A stretch of DNA of 64,000 bases from Callorhinchus milii (taxonomy: Eukaryota). Shown in pieces: positions 54,207 to 64,000 of the stretch. How positions within the stretch are numbered: the first letter of the stretch is position 1; every line of letters begins with the position of its first letter. Location: assembly GCF_018977255.1 (NCBI RefSeq), contig NW_024704743.1, positions 48,610,001 to 48,674,000 on the forward strand, in the 5' to 3' direction. Below the pieces are notes generated by a model. The model saw only the letters and a list, made by a program, of their open reading frames with translations. It had not been told where the DNA came from and made no database searches. The position numbers and the translations under genes are program-made.

Positions 54207-54844
54207 TCGGGGATTGGTTGAAAAAAAATTGGGTCATAAAATAAATTTTGCAGTTAGAACATTATTGGCCATTTTGTAAGTTTTATGCTTTATGCATCTT
54301 GTCTGTGTTTATGTAATTTTTGTGTTAAAATAAAAAAAAGGACCATAATAGGTCTGACTTTGCTCTGGAATCAGAATATAAACTGGATCCTATCCATGTT
54401 CCATAAATTACTGATCAGTACTGAACCAGGGTAGGTCTTATTGTGCAATGGACGCAGAGTATAAGCCCGACCCTACCCACTTTCCATATGTACTGAATGA
54501 TAGCAAGATAAAAGATAAAGGAGTGAGGGAGAAAGAATGAGGGTCCGCACCAAATTGTAGATAAGGTCAAGTAATACGGGACATGCGACACAAGTGCAAG
54601 GTAAACATTGACCAGCTACGATAATTAAAGATGGAGAAGTGATAATAGCAAACATCTCATTGAAAGATACACGAGGAGGGTACTCGGATCAAAAATATTA
54701 GGTTTCACAACAAGGTGGATAATCCTATAAACATAAGAAATTAAGAATGTTCAGTTTTACTATGAGACGAGTTTTAGCTGATGGTTGGGGATAATATTTG
54801 GAACAGACATGTTTCTAAATGTTATAATGTCCTAATATTATTTG

Positions 54845-56445
54845 CAGATATCAAGGGGATCCCTTCAGCTGCCTCCACCCTCCCAACCGCCACCCCCTCC
54901 CCATCTTTCCCCCACTCCGGCCCCTACAGATCCCTCCCTCCACACCATTGAACCTGTCACCCCGCTCCTCTCTAACCACCACTGTAACCCGCTTGAAGGC
55001 CACCACTTGCTCCCCCGACCCCATCCCTACCCTTCTCCTTACCTCCTAGCTCCACCTCCTCGACCCCTTTACTCTCAGACTTCATCAACCTCTCCTGTCA
55101 ACTGACACCGTTCCCACCCCCACTAAAAACAACTGTCATCACCCCTATCCTAAAAAACATTCCCTGGACCCATTCCTGCTCACTAACTACTGCCTCATCT
55201 CCAATCTCCGTTTCTCCTTAACCACTCTGCTGCCTTTGACACTGTGGACCACTCTATTCTCCTCCACCGCCTCTCCTTTCACCTTAACCTTCAAGTTTCT
55301 GTCCTTGAATGATTCAGATCTTCTCTCTCACACCGGCTCCACTTTAACTCCACAAGTGGCTTCTCCTCCAGCGCCCGCACTGTCTTGTGCGATGTTCCTC
55401 AGGGCTCTGTCCTTGGCCCTCCTCTTCAACCTGTACATGCTCCCTCTTGATGACATCATCTGCAGACATGGGGTCAACTTCCACATGTGTGCTGATGACA
55501 CCCAACTCTATCTCTCTGCCTCCACCTTCAACCCCAAGGACCACAGATGTCCTGACAAACTGCCTGTCAGACATCAAGTCCTGGGTGAAAGTCAACTTTC
55601 TGCAGTTGAACATCAGCAAGACCGAGGCCCTCCTGATTGGATCGCACCAGCACCTCCGCACCTCAGGCATTGGCAGCATCCAAAGATGCACGCTCCATCC
55701 CACCAAGCCAGTCAGGAAGCTAGGCACCTTGTTCGACCCTTAACAGTCCTTTCTCCCCCACATCCGTGCCATGACCCGCTCTGTCTTCCCCTACCTCCGC
55801 AACATTGCCCAACTCCTCCACCGCCTCACCCCTCAGGCCGCTGAATCCCTCAAAAATGCCTTCATTACAACCAGGCTCGACTATGCCAATACCCTGCTTG
55901 TCGGCCTTCCCAACTCTTCCCTCCACAAGCTGGAGATCATCCAGAACTTTGCAGTTCGTGTCCTCTCACGCACCAGACTCTGTGCCCCAGTACACCCACC
56001 CTTGTCCGGCTCCCCATCCCTCAAGAGGATTGAGTTAAAAATTCTCGTCCTCACCTCCAAGGCTGTCCATGGCATTGCCCCCTCCTACCTCTACGACCTG
56101 CTAACCCCTTATCAACCTGTCTGGTCCCTCCGCTAAGCAGACTCCGGCCTGTTCCATGTCCCCTTGCCCAGCCCACCATCGGCGATCGGGCCTTCAGCCT
56201 CTCTGCCCCCAACCTCTGGAACTCCATCCCACATTCCCTTCATCTCGCTCCAGGCCATGCCTCCTTCAAGGCCTGCCTCAAGACCCTTCTCTTCAATCGT
56301 GTCTGCAGCCACCCTCATACCTCTTTGCCCTCCACCTTCTCTGATCTCAACCCCACCACCCCCAACTTGGGTCCTAATCCCTGACTGTTCAGCGCCTTGG
56401 GATGTCCTCCTGACGTGAAAGACACTCTACAAATGTAATTTTATA
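54845..56445 (+). mobile_element. L2 LINE, 5'-truncated and decayed RT, inserted in the LTR-element nest
   Basis: FHMCADDTQLYLS, FLQLNISKTEALLIG, TRLDYANTLLVGLP, RIELKILVLT; tail CAGCGCCTTGGGATGTCCTCCTGACGTGAAAG. Confidence 0.92.
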
Positions 56446-56563
56446 TTGCATTGTAAAATGAATTGAAAAGATTTAATGTAGTGGCTGACATGAAAGAGAG
56501 TTGTGAAGTTTCTAATTGTGATAGTGGGCCTATGCTGTTAGCTTGACCCACTGGATTAGGGAC

Positions 56564-57137
56564 TGTAAGCAATCCAGAATTCTGGGCTGCTTGAGTTGAC
56601 CAAAAGGTTGAGCAAAGAAAAATCCAGGCTCCTGAATGTGTTTCTACAGGAAAGCTGTATCTGCTTGAAAACTAAGGATGGTGGAAGCATGTTTACTTCA
56701 AAAATCATTGTGAGACAAAGACTTGCTTTGAAACAAGCTGCTGGAAGTTTGTCCTTGGTTTCGAGCTGGTGTTTCTAACACATTGAACTGACTGGTGTAT
56801 GTGACCAAAAAGGTATAAAGAATCTGAGATTTTTGGGGGTTAGATCGGAGAAGAGAATGGAGCAGCTAATCGTAACCAATCTTGAGGAAGGGATAGACTA
56901 AAATCAACATGGATCAATGCACGTAAACAAGCCGATTCCGACATCAAAGCTACGATATTGATCCAGTCAACCAATTTAGGTGAACTTTACTAACCCGTCG
57001 TAAGCATTACTTTGATGAAACGTATAACTTTGATATGCATTTTCTTTACTAATCTTTTATTAAATTTTACTATTGAAAAGGAAATTTGTGTCAGTCTTTA
57101 CTTGACTGCAGGGTCACAAATTTATTTAACCCTTACA
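56564..57137 (+). repeat. 3' LTR of element A (574 bp)
   Basis: TGTAAG...CTTACA termini after GGATTAGGGAC; TATAAA near 56814; the 3' ~127 bp is repeated at 49968-50095. Confidence 0.78.
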
Positions 57138-57814
57138 GATAGCTCTTTCAAAGAGCCGGCACAGGCACATTGGGCCAAAAGTCTGTTCTGTAAGATTCTA
57201 AAAGGAGTTTAATTTCAAAAGCATTTTCTATGTTTGGGATTTAAGGACCTAGTCTGAGTAAAATTATCAGGGAAAGCTAATTTGGCTTTTCCTGACAATG
57301 TCAGTAAATATTTGGTGAACAGTTATACTAAATAAATAGTTTCACATTTGCCACCATCAAACTACTGGAAGACATAGGTGATTTGTTGGTGGACTCGTAT
57401 AAACTTCAACCACATGAATTTATCTGTTCTGGCAATGTAGTTAAATTTAAGGGCTGCACTGGTCCAGTTGACAAAAACACAATCTAGTTAAGAGAAAGTA
57501 TGAAGCTGAGAGCGGGAGTGCAAAACTGATTCAGAAGGCGAGTAAATGCATTTTAATTCTTACAGGAGATATTACCTTGAGAAAGTAAGAAAGAAAGTAA
57601 GCAGGGCTCCCTTGGAGCTGAACCAAAGCAGCATGTTTGGTGACAGAACATCATAATCCAGCCAACCTTCTATGGCGGTCTTGGTAGTCCAGTTCCTGTG
57701 CCAGGGGAGTCCACAGTACTCAAGGGGCACTGCTTTTGACTGCACAGCCATCAGCAGGACTTTGAAGAGCAGACCAGTCACTGGGGGTAGAGACTCTTCA
57801 CACTCAGCTCCCAT

Positions 57815-58030
57815 TAACAACAACAAAATCACATACGTATAGCACCCTTCACGTCGGGAGGACGTCCCAAGGTCCTGGACAGTCAGTTTTGGACCCGAGC
57901 TTGGGGTCAGGATCAGGGAGGGCAGGGGGGTGATCGAAAGGTCTTGAAGGAGGCAAGGGAGGGGGCGAGATGTAGGGGGGAGCAAGCCCATGGAGGGCTT
58001 TGAAGGTGAGGACCAGGATCTTGAACTGTT
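57815..58030 (-). mobile_element. L2 3'-end fragment
   Basis: The same L2 tail as at 8695-8790. Confidence 0.8.
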
Positions 58031-60389
58031 AACAGGCTTGTTAACCTTGCAAGCCTAACTGGTTGGGTAGTCCCAGTTGGACAAGCAGCAGGAAAAGTAG
58101 TGCTCTCAATGGCAAACTGTGTGATTTTAGCTGGTTAGACTCCAGCAGTACCTCAATGCACAATCTGGGATCCCCAAGCCTTGGCTCTTGCCAACCTGCG
58201 CTTAATAGTTTCCCGAATTATGTAAGCAGGGTGCGCCCCTCCAGGGAGAGAGTGTGCATTTCATTTCAACAATCTATCTCTAGGATTTCTATACGTAGGT
58301 GGGATGCATGGAACTCCAGTTTGGTTTGGATACTGTTAAGCATGATGATAGATTTCTGCATATGTTGACACCTATCTTACCAAACAAAACTATTTTTATT
58401 TTGGGGTGCTAATCTGTGAAAACTATCAATTTTAAGCCCACAAAACAAATTACCCATACTGTACTGCATATCATAAACCAATCCAAATGAAATTAAAGTC
58501 TCAGTATTTACAAGTTGCTTATGTATTATACTAACAATTACAATCTATCATGTATGGGCAAGTCAGGAGGAAATCAGGAATAGTTTAGTGCCTAGATTAT
58601 AATTCATCTCTTCTGCAACAATTTTTAAACTACCGTATCACAATTCACCAATAAAAGCTCAGGACACGAAATAAGGTGATGATCAAGGGAATTAAAAAAG
58701 CTGGGTTCAGAAATAATATTCAAAGAAATTTTTGTTAACACCCACAAAACCACACTGCATTGAGCATAATTTTGTGATAATGACAGATCTACAATATGAT
58801 GACTTACAATTTCTCAACTTGATTGAATACATGAAACATGGTACTTCCCACTTACTAGGCCTTGTAAAGGACCCTGGGTGAAGAACTGCCCCTTTTATTA
58901 AGATTGGAAGGTCTTTATATACATACTACTCCAAATCACAAGTCTGCTATTTTCCAATCACCGTCAATTGTGGCACCAATGACATCTTCTGAACACTGAG
59001 AAGTACTATATGTTCAATGTGATAGTTTCTCACATTAGCCACCCTGTGTTCAAAATGGCAGACAAGCTTAAAATGTTGTTTCAAATTTTTAAGTTTACTA
59101 CAGTACCATATGAATGTTTTTGTAGTTCTAGCAATGCTCAACATTCCTGGTTCAGAGTGGGCACTTTACTAATTTAGAAACTACCAATTGGTCAGGTACT
59201 GTAAATGGGATATAACATGATGCATTGCTTCTAATATTGTAAACATGGATTAACTCACCAGTAGAAACAAGGCTAATAGGAGAAAAAAAGGGATCTTCAA
59301 CCGTAGTCATCTTCAACTTTATGTCCGCCTAGTCAAGTCCTAGGAGAAATAACCAGCAATTGCTCACATGTGAATAAAATCAGCATTTCAACAGTAAATT
59401 CTGCATAAAATATAAATATATTTGATCATTAAAATAGTAATTTTCCAAAGCAAGTTTAAACTAGCTTAGATTTTTATATATTATATATATAGTAGCTCAG
59501 ATGTGTGGGTTTGTTTAATACAGTGAACCCCAGATAAACACAATCCTGAGCCAAGCATAACAGATCCAAGCACAGAATGCAAATGTACTTCCCATTCACT
59601 TCCATTGTGCAATATTCCTGATCAAAGTACAAAGTGTTTATTACTATAATAACTACTTTGTTAAAAAAACACTTGCTTTATCACATTATTGGGTTCGCTG
59701 TCATTTATTACGAGAACAGACAATGTCCCATCCAAAGGATTTTATTTGGACCCGATATGATTATATACAGTAGTCACAGTATATTAGAAATGCAGAACAC
59801 ATAACAAATATTTGATTAGTTGATCACCTAAGTTTTAACTTTACAAGTACAATAGGTGTGCATTTATCAGGATTTAACTGTAGGACACAAGAATCAGTTG
59901 ACAGGTAATATAACTGGCCAGGAATTTAGTGTCGGTTTTAAAAAAACAAATATTAATAAAATCTAGCAGCGCTTTGTTGACTACAAATTGGGTAAACTGA
60001 ACAATAACAAAACGTTCACATTCACACACGTTCACTTCCAACCAAACTGACATTGATTGGATAGAAACTCTGACCGAAGGAAATTGGGGAAATATTCTAA
60101 AATGAATCCCAGTGGTGGGGGAGAGTGTGTGTGTGTGTGTGGGGGGGGTTGTGTGCGTAAATAAAAGTAATATTAAAACCATGCCTCCGAAGCGACTTTT
60201 AACACCCAAAAGTATAGTCACGAAATCAATGCAATTTGAATAGCACGACTGCAGGGAGCAAACAAATAAAAGGCCTGAAACTCGCCCATCCTCCCTCCCT
60301 CCCTCCCTCCCCCATAGCCACCACCACCACCACCACCAGCCCGGAATAATACACACGATTTTAAGATAAAAATGGAAACTTCTGAACCA

Positions 60390-62010
60390 CCGCAAACTGC
60401 GGGGCCGCAGTCACTGAACCCTCATCTTGTTCCACATACACAATAGCACTGGGGGGGGGTGGGGAGGGCTTCGCTTTGAAAATAAACTTTCAACCGCTCT
60501 ATGATCGTGCAAAGGCCCACTCCCCCGCAGGGCCTTCCCCCCCCACACACACACAGCAAACACACACACACACACACAGCAAACACACACACACACTGAA
60601 AGCCAATCCAACTTTTTCATCACCTTACGTGAAAATTGCGAGGGCTGCTGCTGCCGCTGAAGAAGGCCTGAGCTGCGCGGCCCCGAGTTTAAACCCCGAG
60701 TGGATGAGTTGACCGTTTACCCGCACCGTTGTGGCTTCCCGGTCCCGCTCACTCGCTCGCTGGCTCTCTCTCTCTCTCCCCCCCCACCCTGGTTAGCGTG
60801 CACTCTGCCCGGTCCGCGCTCTCCTGCGGCCCTGCCCTGCCCTGTGCGCGTGTCCCGGTCTTTCTCTGCCCCCCCTCCCCACCCCTACCCGGGTTGGATC
60901 TACTCGGTCCGCTCTCTCCCCGCCCTGTCTCTCCCTCTGTGAAGGCCACGCGCGTTCCTCGTCTCGTCTCGTCTCCCTCCTCTTCCTCCCACCCTCTGCG
61001 CGCGCTCTGCTCTCTCGGTCGCTCTCTCTTTCTCTCTCTCTCTATCGAGTTGCTTCTGCTCGGTCCGCTCTCATCTACTCGCACTGGAGGCGGCGCTCGT
61101 CTCTTCCCGGTCCGCTCGCCTCCCTGGGCTCGGCTTTGGTCTCTACGCGGTCCGCCTCTGTCGAGTCCCGCCAAAAAAAAAACACCGCGGGCCGCGCGCC
61201 TCCATCCAAGGGCTCACTGCGCATGCCCACACTCATGCACGCGACTCTTCCCCCTCTGCGGTTTTAAAGCAAACACGCGCCGCACAAAGAGGGAAAACGC
61301 TTGACATTTTTTTTAAAAAAAAATTTCCGTTATTCGCTTTCTTTTAAAAAAAACGATACCCGAGCCGATAACGACGGCAACTGCTATTTGTGAGGAAGGG
61401 GAATATGCTGACGTACAGTTTCACCGAAAGCCGAAATCGCTTCGGCTTTTTCCGTCAAAAAAAACACATCGTGAGTTTAACGTCGCACGATTCGAACACG
61501 AATGAAATAATTGTTTTTTTATTATTCGAAAGAAACCGCGCTCACTGAATTATTTATTTTCACTCAAACTCCTGTTGAGTTTGACGAAATTCTCTCTTCT
61601 CTGGAGTAGCTTAGTTTCTCGCCCAGGGCGGCCAGAAATTAATTTACGTTTGAAGCCCAAAGTCAACCAATACTAGTCCCAAAGTAGCCCTTACTATGCG
61701 TTGCCTCCATTGACTTGCGTCAATGCTTTTAAAACTAAAGAAAAAAAAGTCTTCGAAGGGGGGGAAAAAACATTTCAAAAATTAGGCAACCGCCCAAAGC
61801 CGTTTTTATGCTCAGTACTACAACAATAACAACCCGCCCGATTGGCAGTGAATCCGCCCAATCTGACAACATTGTTCCCGCCGGCGAGCGAGGGTCACGT
61901 GGTGCTCCGGCCGCCATTTTGTGGCTCCGCAGAAGGTTCTGGAAGAAGCTGAGTGACGGCCGGCGTCCTTTCCAACAGCGTCCGTGTGTGATCCGCCAGA
62001 AAGATTGACT
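60390..62010. promoter_or_regulatory. CpG island / bidirectional CBX3-HNRNPA2B1 promoter
   Basis: CpG-rich and repeat-free. NRF1-like TGCGCATGCC at 61218, CCAAT boxes at 61841 and 61858 each next to a GC box, E-box GGTCACGTGG at 61893, YY1 GCCGCCATTTTG at 61910. Confidence 0.85.
60629..61200 (-). other. CBX3: Putative CBX3 non-coding first exon (5' limit uncertain)
   Basis: Donor CAC|GTAAGG at 60628 at the edge of the CpG island, oriented toward the CBX3 coding exons. Confidence 0.55.
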
Positions 62011-62116
62011 CCTTTTTAAATATAAAAAAATATATAAGTCAGATTATTTTAATACTTGTCGAAGCGGGAAAGTTGGTTGATTTAGTTTTTAAACAAAAGT
62101 TTTTTATTTCAACGGG

Positions 62117-62122
62117 ATGGAG
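62117..62122 (+). CDS. HNRNPA2B1: HNRNPA2B1 first coding exon (Met-Glu); the rest lies beyond the window
   Basis: GGGATGGAG|GTAAGG. A two-codon ME first exon head-to-head with CBX3 is the known HNRNPA2B1 arrangement. Only 6 coding nt are seen, so the call rests on synteny. Confidence 0.75.
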
Positions 62123-62695
62123 GTAAGGGGAAAGGAGATTGGTCTGGGTATGTTGGGGGGGGGGGGGGGGAGAGAGAGAGAGTGTGTGAGAGGAAACAAG
62201 TTGATGTTAATGCAAAAATGCGCTTCAGTTTGAAAAATAAACCGGATAAAGATTAAGTTGGCGCCGTCAGTACCTCGAAATCGTGACTGGAACTTGTTTT
62301 TTTTTAAGGGTTATGCGTTTTCATGTGAAGGGCTCACCCTCCCACATGCACATCTTGCCACGTATGCACACGCCTGTCGCCTTTATACGGTCTTTACATG
62401 CCTCCAAAAAGTTGACGAATAAACTGGTCCCCTTGTTGAGTCTTTCTTTATCCCGTCACTTCATTCACGAGGAGACGGCCACCTCTTTACTGGGAGACCG
62501 TTATCTGTGTGTGACTGTTTTAATTACCTTTTGAAATGCTTGGAAGGGAATCACTTCTCCAAAACGTGTAGGTGTCTGAAGGAGTGTAAATATTTCGGTA
62601 ATAATTAAGTTTAATGCGCTCTCCTAATCTAGCCGAGGCATTTCATTTTTTCTGGTGCAGTTTAAACACTGGTTGGGCCTAGTGGCCGGTTTCCA

Positions 62696-63048
62696 TAATA
62701 ATACTTGCGTTTGGTGTAGCGCCTTATCATGTCTTCAAGACCTCTCAAAGCACTTCACAGAATATACTGTATAGTGAATTGACTATTTTGTGGGTGAAAC
62801 ACGGAAGCCAATTGCACACAGCAATGTCCCACAAACTCATGGATTGTGTGGCCAATTATTTTTATTTTTAAGTGATTATAACCCCTCGTAAAAGCAAACC
62901 ACCAATCAACTAACAACTGGATTCCTACTTACTGCCATGTAAGAGCACCCAAATGTGAAACTTGCCCAACGTTTCACCCTGCTTGGGAATTGAACTCCAG
63001 TTCTTGCTTGCGAGTCGAGTGCTGTAGCCACTAAGCTACAGGTTTCCC
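62696..63048 (-). mobile_element. tRNA-derived SINE (long subfamily)
   Basis: Same organisation as 46359-46715. Confidence 0.85.
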
Positions 63049-63324
63049 ATGCTGTTCATTTTATAAAGTTTTGTAGATCTTTAGTTATTTTTCATTTGAT
63101 ATTTATTAAAGATGACATGCATAGATCATGCCTTCTCCCATCTAACTGCTGATTTAGTGCTCTGGGATGTGAAAGGCAATACAAACGCAAGTTGTTGTTG
63201 AGTTAAAAACCTAAACGCAACAGAAGTCACTATCATGCTCAAGTTGTGCGACTGCAGCTGTACTTGTGTGGATTATCTCATTCACAATAATTAATAATTA
63301 TCATTTATTTATTAATTAGACCGC

Positions 63325-63592
63325 ATGCCACTGTCTACCTAGCAGCAAGTAGGAACCTGGTTGTTGGCTGATATTGGCGGATTGCTTTCTGGGGGTAATA
63401 TTCCCTTCAATAAATAAATAATAATAATAATTTGGTCCATTGACTGTTTGTGGGACACTGCTGTGCGCAATTGGCTGCTGCATTTCGCCCACAAAATATA
63501 GTCAGTTCACTTTACAGTATATTCTGTGAAGCGCTTTGAGTCATCTCAACGATGTGATAAAGCTTTATGTCAAATGCAAGGATTATTATTAT
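63325..63592 (+). mobile_element. 5'-truncated SINE (long subfamily)
   Basis: Central segment, Deu-like block and tail; head missing. Confidence 0.85.
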
Positions 63593-64000
63593 CTTGGTGC
63601 TTAATGGAATTCAGTCCCATCAACGTTTCTTTAAATTATTTGATTCAAACTAAATCAGTCTTCAGGTTCACATCATTGGCTCAATGGTTAAAATGGGAGG
63701 TGACTAGAGTTTTTTTAAAAAGGTAAACAATAGAATACAAAATTATAACTCGTGCTCAAGTTGAGGTAAACTAATCATGTTTTGGACTCAATGCATGCAC
63801 CATTGTACCAGTGTGAAGCTTTCTATACAATTTGAACATTTTCTGGGTGAACTATGCGCTCAGGAGAAGCATATCTGTTAGCCAGTAGCATTTTACTGTT
63901 CAAAGCTTCCAGCTTTAAATTTGTAGTTGTCCAAACTCAGTATATAAACAAACATCTTCAACCGACTCAAAGATGGGTGCTATGAGAAGTTGGAAAGGGG

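Larger units (their letters stand above)
49968..57137 (+). mobile_element. Decayed LTR retroelement 'A' with nested insertions, antisense in CBX3 intron 1
   Basis: The 5' LTR remnant 49968-50095 matches 57011-57137. PBS at 50098, gag-like region 50253-~52130, protease remnant ~52137-52290, 3' LTR 56564-57137. Flanked by the two halves of one CR1 3' end (~49460-49590 and 57138-57200). Confidence 0.82.

Noticed and set aside
59874..61304. ORFs of 141-191 aa around the promoter
   Set aside because: Low-complexity translations of GC-rich and microsatellite sequence with no domain similarity.
63690..63730. Candidate HNRNPA2B1 B1-specific 36-nt exon ending AAAAAG|GTAAAC
   Set aside because: No convincing acceptor and no similarity to KTLETVPLERKK.

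Overview
Vertebrate genomic DNA, most likely from a cartilaginous fish. The tRNA/Deu/L2-tail SINE and the CR1/L2 landscape suggest a holocephalan; this is inference. The window holds the SNX10-CBX3-HNRNPA2B1 syntenic block. SNX10 (minus strand) has four coding exons in the window and continues past the left edge. CBX3/HP1-gamma (minus strand) has a complete 176-aa CDS in four exons. The first exon of HNRNPA2B1 (plus strand) is transcribed divergently from a shared CpG-island promoter. The introns carry many SINE, L2 and CR1 copies. The left edge has the 3' half of a gamma/epsilon-type endogenous retrovirus in an SNX10 intron: RNase H end, integrase, an internally deleted env, PPT and a 544-bp LTR. 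CBX3 intron 1 has a second, unrelated and heavily decayed nest of LTR elements, with TGTAAG..CTTACA LTRs, a tRNA-Lys(UUU)-like PBS, a coiled-coil gag-like region and a protease remnant. Smaller observations include a (TTAGGG)n-filled deletion in a CR1, several fold-back scars, a minisatellite next to the SNX10 first donor and an unexplained duplicated signal-peptide ORF. I cannot support a claim of a wholly new biological system. The best candidates are the second LTR lineage, the SU-only env ORF and the duplicated ORF module.
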